64,000 bases of DNA, taken from NCBI RefSeq assembly GCF_022045235.1, contig NW_027266297.1, forward strand, positions 5,580,001-5,644,000. Direction: 5' to 3'. Positions 38,306 to 50,094 of the stretch are shown in pieces. This stretch comes from Haliotis cracherodii. Lineage: Eukaryota. Below the pieces are notes generated by a model, which ran no database searches, was not told where the DNA came from, and saw only the letters and a program-made list of their open reading frames with translations. The position numbers were made by a program, and so were the translations under genes. The stretch's first letter is position 1, and every line of letters begins with the position of its first letter.

Positions 38306-38735
38306 TTTTATAGCTAAAATGGATAGAACTATCATTAAACTGCCCGCATGTTATCAGAAATCGGCGGGCCACTGTAACTTGATAATGCCCTCATATTGCT
38401 TGACGAAGGGCCATTATCACGCCCGTTGTTAGGTGACGTCATAGGGTAGGGGTAGTGACGTCATATGGTTTGCTCTATGACGTTTCCATATTTATAAAAG
38501 TGGGTCAGTGACATTCGTGTCGATTGCAGTAAATGTTTCAAAACCGACATTGTTGTTTCTATTTATATGATAACAAATTTAATCCACTTTAGCTATAATA
38601 GCGGTAACGCTCTTTTTCAGGGCATTATCATTTGCAGAAGCCCTCGGTCTTTTCAACTGCCCTCCTTCGTCAGGCAGTTAATGGAAGACCTCGGCCTTCT
38701 GCAAATGATAATGCCCTGAAAAATAGCGTTACCCT
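38306..38735. mobile_element. Fold-back element(s) in the FkbM-B 5' intron, absent from the paralogous copy A region
   Basis: ttatagctaaaatggat / atccacttttagctataa, and a long hairpin at 38603-38733. Confidence 0.55.
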
Positions 38736-39719
38736 TATAGTAACAGGGAAAATATGGGGCGGTTTTATTGTCCCGATTTTTTGGCCGACAGTCATTGTAT
38801 CAAAGTCGCACACGGGAGGCACAAACGTCGCCATCCTTTGTAAAGGCCCTATTAACTCTATCCACTTGACCACGGAGGCGGTCTGTTCCAAGAGGCGGTG
38901 ATGAGATGGCCAGAGGTTGACGTCACAAGTTTCCCTGATAATATGACATATGCCTGATTGACCAATTTCTGCTGAATGTTAGAGGTGTAACTTCTGTATT
39001 TAGTAAACTAACGAAAGGTAGATATGAATTTTAAGTACCAAATGTAATACATTCGAGCGGCTATATGTACCAGCGTGTGCAGTGTACGTACATTACCAGA
39101 ACTGGATGAAAAATACGTGTAGATGTAATATTTAAAGCGCTATTGACCAAGGACACAGTTAAATATAGTCCCTCGCAGTCACCCGACTATCGATTCCAAT
39201 CCGGATATTAGCCACCTGATCAATTCTCAATGATGATGTTTCTCCCTAAGAAAATGGACATTTCTTGAAAAGCGCACTTTACAATTTTTCTCATTACTGT
39301 TTGTAATATTCCTTATCGCAGGAATTTCTTGTTTTAACTTTATAAGTATTAGCCCACATGTTTCTATCTTCGTTAATTAATCATCGCCATATTTCGTGAT
39401 TCTGGTGGCGAAGACTACAGAACATATTCATCTATACATGGTGCATGTATTCAATCACTCAGACTATACCCTGACAAATGGGAACATCCAATATGGCGGT
39501 CAAGGTTTCGCGCATAACGAACGACGGAGGTAATGAACAAATGTCAGCACAACACCGTTGTTTACTAAACTATGTTTCCGTGTTTTCAAAGCATGTCCAC
39601 TTTATTCACTTTCTAATACGGTACTCGAGTATCTCAACAATACCGATCCCACTTTATATAGTCTAGTCGGATATAAAATACTGCCACCTGCAAACTTTTG
39701 AGAGCAAAAGAATCCGACA

Positions 39720-40430
39720 ACATTATTTTAGGCCTCGAGTCGTTTTGTGAAACTAATTGAAGCGCCTTCAGAGTTGCTTCCCTTTGTACAGCCGCTGGCT
39801 TTGTCTGCCTACGGCAAAATTGTAAACTGGAAGGAAATTGATCGGTTTTAACGTAATCTACTTCTTAATCCAGAGTTACCTGAATGCTGGCTTTGTCTAC
39901 AATATACCCGGGCTTTATACTGTAATACGTCACCTGTGTTTATCGGCCTGGGGCGCAATATCATTGTTAATGGTCGCAACACATTTTACTTCCGCATTGT
40001 ATGATGGAATCAGGCAGGGAGACACATTTAGCCCCGATACGTTCGATACACGGACTTTTATCCAACATGTATCGATCATTTGAAGCATGGTTATATATAG
40101 TTTACATATGTCTTACCATAATGCAATATCTGAAATACACATGCATTATTATAATGCAGCAGCTGCAAGATTGTAACGTGTGCAACACTCTACTGCGGAT
40201 ACAAATGAATGCAAATCTATCATGATCTCTGTACATACCTTGGCGGTTGACGTGGAGGCCCCACCCCCTGCTAGACCCCCTCCTGATCCCCTGGGACGAA
40301 GCTTGTCCCCCCATTGTGTCTCCTGCATATAACAGTACATACGGTAGCCGAGTGACCTTGACATACGGCATTCAGTCCGATTAGCGTCCCTAGCCCAGGT
40401 GTGTCACCTGATAGCGACAGCTCACACAGA
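39720..40430 (-). promoter_or_regulatory. Duplicated 5' region of FkbM copy B
   Basis: Paralogous to 31040-31760. Confidence 0.55.
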
Positions 40431-40738
40431 TAGTTATTATGCAGCTGGCTGTGTGCTATTTAAAACTCATATATTGTTTTAAGAACTGTTGACATTTGCT
40501 CTGCTTTATTCACGTTGAAAGATAATTTCTGAAACACATCAATTAAAAATAACGTAATTAAAATGAAGACGAGGGCCGGGAGGGGGTGGGGGTATATTTA
40601 TTGTTTTAGGGGACTGGATGAAACTGATAATCTTTCTGGTCTAGTAAAGCGTCCGGAGAGAGGAAAGTTGGGTATTCATGTTAAACTGCAACATGGTATC
40701 TCAGTGGGCTAGCAATATAAAATCGGCATTAGTCGGGA

Positions 40739-40867
40739 NNNNNNNNNNNNNNNNNNNNNNNNNNNNNNNNNNNNNNNNNNNNNNNNNNNNNNNNNNNNNN
40801 NNNNNNNNNNNNNNNNNNNNNNNNNNNNNNNNNNNNNNNNNNNNNNNNNNNNNNNNNNNNNNNNNNN
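40739..40867. other. Assembly gap (inside a SINE B copy)
   Basis: Run of N. Confidence 1.
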
Positions 40868-41851
40868 GCAATAATCCTGGACGCGACGTTAAACCCGATT
40901 TCACCTCACCTCACCTCACCTCTTGAGAATGGTTATTCAGTCATAAACTCGGAATATCAATATTAATATCTTGTTGAATTTAGCTTTCATTGTTTTCCTT
41001 CTTGTCGAGTTTTTTATGATAAATAAGTAAGATTGGTAAATAAGAACTGTGAAACCTCGTTAGACCAGACTCCGCTAATCCTGAAACCCGTGTACCGGAG
41101 ATTACTGCTAGGAACACTCGCACGTCTATAAGTTGAATTAATCCGTACCCATAATTCGTTAATCCGGTTGTTCATCCGTAAGATTTCAATTGCACTGCTA
41201 CCGTCCGGGTTAACAAGGTTTCGTTATCCAACAAAAGAGTAACATTTTTATCATGTGAAAATTATTACCAGTTTTGGTTATTCGGCTATTTATAAAAGGG
41301 TGCATTAAATACGAAGAATGCACAATGTTATTAGAGACCCGGCTATTCAAACCTATCCCAAATGTATGTTTTCCCCCTCTCTGGTGCATTCCGAATGCAT
41401 TAAAACCTATTTTTGGAGCTCATTTCAAATTACAAGTTTGTCGTTAAATTTAGTTGTTTTGCTTGTATAAAGGTAATGTGAGATGTCATTATTTTATAAT
41501 AAATTGGAGACCGCTGCAGTCTAGCAGCTTATATGAACAACGGATGCTAAAATATTGCAATAAAGCATGTCCCTTTGCCATCATTGATTTCAAGGACGAT
41601 ATTCTTAAGTAGCGGTGTCATCTGTCAGAGAGTCTCGGCTTTTGTATTGACTCTATTCATCCCCGCCATCTGTGGCTTTTCCAGTTACTTTTATTGACAC
41701 AAGACATTCACTAGCTCGTGACACACAGCAATATTTCAACATTAATGGACTGTGGTGCACGAGTCGTTCGTAAAGTCAAAGGATATTTTTTTCTCTGGAT
41801 ATTTAGCGAGATCGTACTTATCATATTACCAGATGGAGCGATCAGTTAACC

Positions 41852-43630
41852 ATGGAGAAGTTTAAAGATGTGTCTTATAAACGGCTAGAAGAAGGAAAAG
41901 ACAAAGACAACACCGATATGCGTTGCTTGAAAAGGGTGGTGGTGATACTGGTGATAGCGTGTGTAGCGTTGCTGTGTTTCGTCGCGTATTCGGTTGGAAT
42001 AAAGAGTTCCCCGGACGTGGAACAGACAGAACAGTCTGGCCAGAACGTTGGGGCAGTTGGAGTGGTACAACAAGCGGGAGACAGCATAGAAAAGGATGAT
42101 CAACAGAAGGAAGGGCTACAGAAGGATGTACAACAGAAGGAAGGGCTACCGAAGGATGTACAACAGAAGGAAGGGCTACAGAAGGATGTACAACAGAACG
42201 ATGGGCTACAGAAGGATGTCGAGGAACCCGGAGAGCTACACGAACCCCAACTCGTTCCTTCATATTCAAACGGGTCAAATGAATGGCATGAGCATGATTC
42301 CTCGCGGAAAAATACCAATGCCCAAACTGCCACTCCTAACAATTCTCAGAATCTGACAGCTGCTAACGCTCAGGCCGATCAGAATAAGACACGGGAACAG
42401 TTTATTAAAGAAATTAGAGAAGATTTACTCAAACTTAAACATCAAATGAAGGCTAAGGGCAAACATGCGGAAGTAACCTCACAGAAACCGAAACCTACAC
42501 GTCCTTCTACGACAAGTTATCACATGCCTAAGAATGTTTCATTGCCAGCAGATCCGCATCCAGAGATAACTAAACAACAACTCCACGCTCGACTCAACAT
42601 GGTCTTGTCTGACATCAGGAACGACATTGGCGATAGAAGGTCTTTGCAGGCGACACTGCAGTTCCTTCAGCGAGCTATCCAGGTGATCGAGCAGAAGGAG
42701 CTTGCTGCGGATCTTGCGGCGGAGGGACAGACCCTTCCCACACTACCCCCAGGCTGGAAGGAATTTACGACCCCCACTCTCAAGAACCCCCGTGTTAAAG
42801 ACATGATGAAGACACTGGGGACCACACCGCATAAGCTCGACAAGTATGACCTTGCCAAACCATACGAATGGGACTTCCGGTGTGTGTTCCTCAAGGTGCC
42901 AATGAAGCATGAGCCAATGATTTGCATCAATGATCCCGAGTTTGATAAACCGATGTCCAGCTCCCTGGCCGAAACTGGACAATATGAAGCTAAAATGGTT
43001 GGGTTCTTCCTTGAGATTCTTCACTCGGATATTACGTTACAAGCAGTAGACTTAGGAGCCAACATTGGGTTGTATAGTTTAGCAGCGGCCGCCATCGCCA
43101 GACCCGTGTTGGCAGTAGAACCAAACGTACAAAATATTCGCCCTTTCCACAAATCAGTCAAAATGAACGGGTTCCAAAGGCTGGTGACGCTCGTCACAAA
43201 CTGTCTGTCCGACCGATACAAACTCGTGCAGCTAGTCTACAACAAGATGGGTAACCTTGGTGATACGAAAACTGTCGAGGTTGTGGAATCGATGCTGAAG
43301 AATGATATCGTTTCTGCTGAGGATGTCGTGCGGACCGTCGAACTGGATGACCTTATTCCGGCCATGACCTTCAAGAGAGCAATTGTCAAGGTCGATGTCC
43401 AAGGAGACGAAGTCCGGATGTTCCGTGGTGCGCAGATGTTCTTCAAAAATATTCACGTGCGTTACGTACTAATGCATTGGTTTTACATGGACGATCCAGT
43501 TGGATATAACTATATTTACGGATTTCTGAAAGACAGAAACTATTTGCCTAACTACTCCCCACACGGGAGGGTTATCAGTGAGGAGGCCATGAAGGAAGAC
43601 CAATCAATCGTTGTATGGATCAAATTCTGA
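41852..43630 (+). CDS. FkbM-family methyltransferase, type II membrane with long stem, copy C, 592 aa
   Basis: Short basic/acidic tail, TM VVVILVIACVALLCFVAYSVGI, 10-aa repeats QKDVQQKEGL, C-terminal VDLGANIGLYS / VEPN / KVDVQGDE. AATAAA about 45 nt after the stop. Confidence 0.92.
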   Translation: MEKFKDVSYKRLEEGKDKDNTDMRCLKRVVVILVIACVALLCFVAYSVGIKSSPDVEQTEQSGQNVGAVGVVQQAGDSIEKDDQQKEGLQKDVQQKEGLPKDVQQKEGLQKDVQQNDGLQKDVEEPGELHEPQLVPSYSNGSNEWHEHDSSRKNTNAQTATPNNSQNLTAANAQADQNKTREQFIKEIREDLLKLKHQMKAKGKHAEVTSQKPKPTRPSTTSYHMPKNVSLPADPHPEITKQQLHARLNMVLSDIRNDIGDRRSLQATLQFLQRAIQVIEQKELAADLAAEGQTLPTLPPGWKEFTTPTLKNPRVKDMMKTLGTTPHKLDKYDLAKPYEWDFRCVFLKVPMKHEPMICINDPEFDKPMSSSLAETGQYEAKMVGFFLEILHSDITLQAVDLGANIGLYSLAAAAIARPVLAVEPNVQNIRPFHKSVKMNGFQRLVTLVTNCLSDRYKLVQLVYNKMGNLGDTKTVEVVESMLKNDIVSAEDVVRTVELDDLIPAMTFKRAIVKVDVQGDEVRMFRGAQMFFKNIHVRYVLMHWFYMDDPVGYNYIYGFLKDRNYLPNYSPHGRVISEEAMKEDQSIVVWIKF

Positions 43631-44110
43631 CCAGCCCTCTCGTTCAATGGATGTGTCACTGTGTGAAATGTTGAATAAATGTGTTCCTGTTGCAAGAATT
43701 CATCAATTCATGGCATGAAGGATCCCAAGCTAGAGGGATGTTGACAGACAGTTCACGGAATGGTGTATTTTGCAGACAATTCGTCACCACTCGGCCTTTT
43801 CAGTAACTGCATGGAACATCGATCAATGTTATTATTGTTATGATTGTGCGAAAAAACGGCTATCTAATGTCATTTAGCGTATCGATAAAAGTCCTTTGGA
43901 CAATTACCCACTCCTTAATATTTTGTGTTTATAAAAGCAGGTTGTATCTTTAGAGCAAAGTGACAGTCACAAGCGTTTCACCACTTTACATACTAGAATG
44001 GATACATAAATGGAAACTGTGTTCTATTTATAGAAAACTCACGTAACTTATGTATAGGTACATGTGGCACAACAATTTGACTATGGTTTTCGCTATGTTC
44101 GTTTGCGCGA

Positions 44111-44278
44111 GGGGCGGTCGGGTAGCCCAGTGGTTAAAGCGTTCGCTCGTCACGCCGAAGACCCGGGTTCGATTCCCGACATGGGTAAAATGTGTGAAGC
44201 CCATTTCTGGTGTCCCCCGCCGTGATATTGCTGGAATATTGCTAAAAGCGGCGTAAAACCATACTCACTCACTCACTC
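44111..44278 (+). mobile_element. tRNA-derived SINE family A, full copy. Other copies: 1602-1770 +, 32208-32375 +, about 44377-44535 -, and a split copy at 51694-52390 +
   Basis: A box TAGCCCAGTGG, B box GGTTCGATTCC, (TCAC)n tail, TSD of about 11 bp (cgtttgcgcSa). Confidence 0.88.
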
Positions 44279-47230
44279 GTTTGCGCCAAGACAGAACCAA
44301 CTTGACAAAATGGCCGCGAGAGGATATCGAGTCACCATTCGGCATTAACTAAACTGAAATAACTTTGGAATAAGTGCGTGAGTGAGTATGTTTTTTTTGC
44401 CGCTTTTAGCGATATTCAATGTCACGGAGGGACACAAGACATTGTATTCGCATGCTTGTACTCCTGGAAGGAATCATACCGAGGAAATCGGCTAGGTGAG
44501 CGAACGCTGACCACAAGGCCAGCCCACCACCGCTTGTAGAATAGGACGACAATGAGTCAAAAGTTTCTTAGACTTAAGCTAATCCTCACCAAAACAATTC
44601 CACCTTTAGTGATTATCGGGGTTAGGTCTGTCAAGACAAGGTGAAGTGAGGTTAAATGGGGTTCAATATTGCGTCCAAGATTACTGCACTTATAAAGCGA
44701 CGTGTGTGCACATGTGTGTGTGGCCGCTTGAACTTATCCGGACTGATGCCGATTTATAGTGCTAGCCCACTGACATACCATGCCGCTGTTTAACATGAAT
44801 ACCCCACTCAGACACAGTATACTGATTGTGTAGCCCCTTTCCTTGTAGCCCCTTTATGAGAACGCCAAGCAGGGTAACAACAAGTACCACCTTTTAACCT
44901 CTTTTGGTATGACGCGTCAAGACAAGGATGTTTTTCTCATCCTCCTCTTATCCTTCACTTGATCTGACAATGATTTTCTCCCATTATTGCAAAAACCATA
45001 TCATTTGCAAACTAGATTCCCGTATTGGGGGAGGAGGTGCTCTGTATGTTCTTCTTGTTGTTAAAAGGATTATTTAACTACGAAAGTGTAATGGTGTCAC
45101 TTTAGTAGCATTTATAAGTTTGGTTTTTTTAATCGAAATTTTGAGTATTTATCTTGTTACTTCAATTATTTTCAAACAACAAAATTCCTGGGTGGGGGGG
45201 TATCAGAACTTCGATTATTTTCTCGTCACTTCTATTACTTTCGAATTCGAAATTTCGAAAAATGAACCGAATTAAGAACATTAATCGAACTAAATAATTT
45301 TTCTAAATAACTACAGCTGAAATTACTAGAATGTAATGAATTGACGAGAAAATAATTGAAATTACAGTGACAATCGAAATTTCGATGGAATATTTTTTTT
45401 AAATATTCGAAATAACGAGAAATGAAGTATGTTGCTATCAATTAGTGTTTCCATTGGGCTTTCATACATAATGGTGTTCTATAGTGTGTGCTCCTTTCAG
45501 AGTACTCGCCGTGAAACTGTGATAGATTCTTCGCTGAGACGAAAGTGGGCAGGACAACACAGCCTCATCTGTTCATCCATCATTATCAGCTGTTTTATAG
45601 TAGTATATATCCATATATCCTGATTTACTTCTCTCTTTATATGTATACTAGTACTTTAGTATACTTTATACACCATCTATCGACCATTGTGTTATGTCTG
45701 CGAAAACTGTCATACAATTGTAATATTTATTCTTATAAATTGTTTAATGAGAGTATTTGTAAAGACTCCTGATCTAAAGTAAGACAAAAGAATGTTAAAA
45801 TTTTGGTGAGGACGCATCGAGGATTCGAACCCTTCATCATAGGATCATAGAATCGTGACACGTCCAAGGGACGCAACTCTGGGCCATCGTCCGAACAAAT
45901 ATCGCGGTATATTCGTACATTATCAAGTATCTCATGGGATAGTCCAAGCCATCCGTTCATGGTACAGCATGAATAAATATTATAATACATCTCGTGACGA
46001 TGACGTAATGAGGTTTGTTTACAGCAGTTTGTGTAATTCTTTGTAAAAACCATTCGCTTATCACACAGGAACATTGGTCAGTAAATACAATATGTACCTC
46101 CTATATGGAAGTACTTACATATTTTATTAACTGACCAATAACGCGTTTCCGTGGCTTATCATCTCACTCGCTTACTGTATTACGTACCCGTGGAGATCCG
46201 GGTTATAAAAGGTCTTCATCAACCCATGCTTACCGAAAAAAGGCGACTGTGCTTGTCATAAATGGCGACTGACGGGATCGAGTGGTCAGGTTCGCTGACT
46301 GTGTTGATATTGATATTGCTGTCTGTGGCGTTAAACAACAAACGAACAAAACTGAATTACTAAACCTGAAGTCAGTGCTTTATTGTCAACCTTCTGTTAA
46401 CACCATGGATCACGGAACCAAGGACAGCATCCACCGCTTTCAAGGGTATGCTGTAGTATTTTAAGAAGAAATGTAGGAATATTTCTTGTATATTGATTCA
46501 AAGACAATATTAGATTTAAACACACACAAAATCCTCTTTCTTTTCCGTATACGGAAGCTCTTGCATACATTGCCAGGAAACTTTCGCTACGAATTGATGC
46601 AACATCGCCATCACATACTGCCTGGCCAGAGAAAGTAGGCACCCATGTTTGATGGTGGCTAAACAAGAAGCAAAGGAGAAATGGTTATTCGATGGTGATG
46701 TATTATTTCATTAATAATAATCATGATCATCATCATCATCTCATCAATGAGTATCTCACAACTGGTGACGTGCACATGGCGTCTCAAGGAACATGGGGTC
46801 GCAATTTCACAGTACACGGTGTTGAGCAGAGTGAAACAGGTATTGTCAAATGTATGCTATATTTTGCCCGGCAGTCACGTTGTACGGCCCGCCTATATAA
46901 CCAGAGAAGGATATAATGTTCGATATTTTGTCGATTTCCTTTTATATCTCCATAGTATTCGCTCAAGTCGGGTTATGTTACCAAAATATTATCCTTGACT
47001 TATGCTGCAAGTGTTTGAATAGCAAATGAGAAATTGTCAGCATCAGTCGATGCCATCCTGCCGCAGCTGTGAGTGACTCGCTTCAGCCTAAACAGCTGTG
47101 TGGAGATATAATTCTTTTCTCTTCTATAATAATGTCATTCCAGAATAATTGACCCGTATGTATGCCGACGTGACACGGACGTTGACAATTGACTTGCGAT
47201 GCATTATCCGTATTTCTTCACATGAAAGGT

Positions 47231-47775
47231 CATCTTCCCGAGGCAAGAGAGTTAACTGACTTTAAAAGTCCAGTTTCCACCCTTGCCGAACTATGCTGGA
47301 ATAACTGGGCTCGATCGTAGCGCCACCAGTGGCTATTACCAATTATGTCCCTTCTAAGCCTCTCGTAAGGACCAATCAGATTCCACCTCTCGAATCACTT
47401 GCATTTGCTTCACACAAAATGGTTGCGCTCGGTCAGGACGATCTGATCGATAATCAACATCTATGTTGTGATAAAACGGGTCTTACATCGCGAAATGCAT
47501 CAAATCACGTAGGCACCTTGATTAAAAACATGAGAAGATTTTGAAAATATCTGCTGACATCGAGTTGGTGGTGCACATGCTTTGCAAATCCTGCAATCGA
47601 CCGAAATCTGCACGACAGTTTACGAACCGAATTTCAATTTCGGTGCGCGATTTTTATTGGACTATGCATAGACTCATTAGTCCAGCCACAATGTAACTCC
47701 ATGATACCAGCCTAGTTCGGCAAGGGTGGAAACTGGACTTTTATAGTCAGTTAACTCTCTTGCCTCGAGAAGATG
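47231..47775. mobile_element. Non-autonomous TIR element with 9-bp TSD (Mutator-like by TSD length)
   Basis: TSD ATGAAAGGT at 47222-47230 and 47776-47784; about 65-bp TIR CATCTTCYCGAGGCAAGAGAGTTAACTGAC... Confidence 0.85.
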
Positions 47776-48374
47776 ATGAAAGGTGCGATGTAGCTGTATC
47801 TCTAGGCATCCGAGGATTGATCCGTATGTCTGTCACAGATGTTGGTTTAAGACACAATTTCACGATTTTAGAGATAACAGATATACAGTATTTTAAGTCA
47901 TTAATATAATATTCGTTTTTCAAAACATCAAATATGCGAACACAATCATGTTATATTTAGGATAACACTTTCTAGGTAAAGTACCAAGGGTTACTCAAAG
48001 TACGTGATCTAGACTACCAGTTGTCGGACTTTCATTTTGTGGAAGCCTCAGTGGCTGAGTGGGTTAGATCGCTGACTTTGTGTGCTGGCGATTAGGTGCC
48101 TCACTCTGGCAGTGTGGGTTCGAATCCCGGACGGGACTCAACCCAAACAAGTACGGGAATCTGTACCTATACTCAGAAAGTGTTACCCCAAAAATAACAT
48201 GTGTTACATTTGACCACTTTCTTAATGGCATTGTGTGTTCATCAAATATGCTATCTGTATTCAAGATATCGTATACACTAGCCGGAAGTCTGGACATCAG
48301 CTGTATATCCAGGTCTATGCTCAAACTTTCAACATGAACCACAAATACCTGGTAATATGGTGTAAGCTCTGCGG

Positions 48375-48815
48375 AGGCATTATCAGTTGGAGGTAGTGTA
48401 CGAGTAATATAGTAAAAGCTTTAAGGCGGTATTATCAGTTGGATGTATTGTATAACTCCGGTACCCAGTAATATAGTAAAGCTGTATGGCGGTATTATCA
48501 GTTGAAGGTATTGTATAACTCCGGTACCCAGTAATATAGTAAAGGTGTATGGCGGTATTATCAGTTGGATGTATTGTATAACTCCGGTACCCAGTAATAT
48601 AGTAAAGGTGTATGGCGGTATTATCAGTTGGAGGTATTGTATAACTCCGGTACCGAGTAATATAGTAAAGGTGTATGGCGGTATTATCAGTTGGAGGTAT
48701 TGTATAACTCCGGTACCGAGTTATATAGTAAAGGTGTATGGCGGTATTATCAGTTGGAGGTACTGTATAACTTCGGTACCGAGTAATAAAGTAAAAGCTA
48801 TACGGCGGTATTATA
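48375..48815. repeat. 63-bp minisatellite
   Basis: gtatggcggtattatcagttggaggtattgtataactccggtacccagtaatatagtaaaggt. Confidence 0.93.
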
Positions 48816-49234
48816 AGGCCTAAAGCCGCTTGGTAATATACAAGACAAATAGGACTAATAGAAAATGAATTATAATTTTATTATAAAAATGAAAAGGTTA
48901 AAGAGTAAATATTCCAGAAAAATAATTTCAAACACTGGAAACTTTCCGATGGCAGAATGAACAAATGTTATTTTTTAAATGTAACGTTTAAAATACCGGC
49001 GCTTTAACTAAATAAACACAAGACTTACAACGATTATAGTTGGAACACACTGGCTACAATCACGGTGACCTAGTCGAAAATAAATGTCTGTTCAAGCTGT
49101 GGTGCCGTTGTCGAATCAAGGAAACTGTATCGTTGTTGATGATGATGGATTCTAACGATGCACTTTACAGTTTTGCATCTGGCTGCTACACTTAGTTTAT
49201 AGAAGTCATCGCGATGCATGACGATGGTGAATAC

Positions 49235-49555
49235 AGAGAAGTCTTCATGATGACTATAAGAAATACAGATCGTCACAAGTCTTCGTGATGACGATATCAA
49301 ATACAGAATGTCACATGTCTTCGTGATGACGATATCAAATACAGAATGTCACAAGTCTTCGTGATGACCATAAGAAATACAGATCGTCACAAGTCTTCAT
49401 GATGACGATATGAAATACAGAATGTCACATGTCTTCGTGATGACGATATCAAATACAGAATGTCACATGTCTTCGTGATGACGATATCAAATACAGAATG
49501 TCACATGTCTTCGTGATGACGATATCAAATACAGATTGTCGTCACCATGACGATA
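49235..49555. repeat. 38-39-bp minisatellite, possibly within the PHF24 3'UTR
   Basis: gtcttcgtgatgacgatatcaaatacagaatgtcacat. Confidence 0.9.
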
Positions 49556-50012
49556 ATGAACACATCACGTTTCATGCCATTGTATTGACACGGTGTAAAC
49601 CGCACATTCAGAACCTTAAGTTCAGTGTGCGGTGCCTATGCCACTGAATATATGCAGCTGACAATGCCGTCATTCAATTCCTGTCCTGTTATATTCATAC
49701 AATTACACGTGTCGATCATTGAAGCTATGACATGACCCTTCCTGGTAGTCTTATAGACCGTTCCCGGAAACCATGCGATGAGACAGTCATACACGTATAC
49801 ACTGGTGCATGTGAGGGTGGATGTCATGTTTGTGATTGAGGGTAGTCATGTCTATGAGGGTGGGTGTCCCGTCCATGACAAGTGGGAAGTCGCATCTGTG
49901 ACTTTGGGTGTCACGTCAATGGTCGGTGGGCAACCACGTCTGTGATGCTAGGTGTCTGTGATGGTGGTAGTCACGCTCGTGACAGGGTGTTCGGTATGCA
50001 GGTGTGACCGCG

Positions 50013-50094
50013 TCACTTGCTGAAAGTTATGTTGGGTCTGTTGCACAGCAGATAGAGGCCTTGTTCCATCAGAAACGAAGCCCATGTTAGTACC
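50013..50094 (-). CDS. PHF24: PHF24 last coding exon
   Basis: tttcag|VLTWASFLMEQGLYLLCNRPNITFSK*. Confidence 0.88.

Noticed and set aside
29284-43630. Bacterial contamination as the source of the intronless FkbM genes
   Set aside because: The genes are embedded among host SINEs and have a eukaryotic type II TM/stem architecture. Copies A and B also have 5'UTR splice acceptors.
44111-44185. tRNA genes (also 1602, 8327, 32208, 48043, 56528)
   Set aside because: A/B boxes are present, but there is no proper acceptor stem, and most are followed by a SINE body, tail and TSD. 48043 is an isolated tRNA-like head that does not fold into a convincing cloverleaf.
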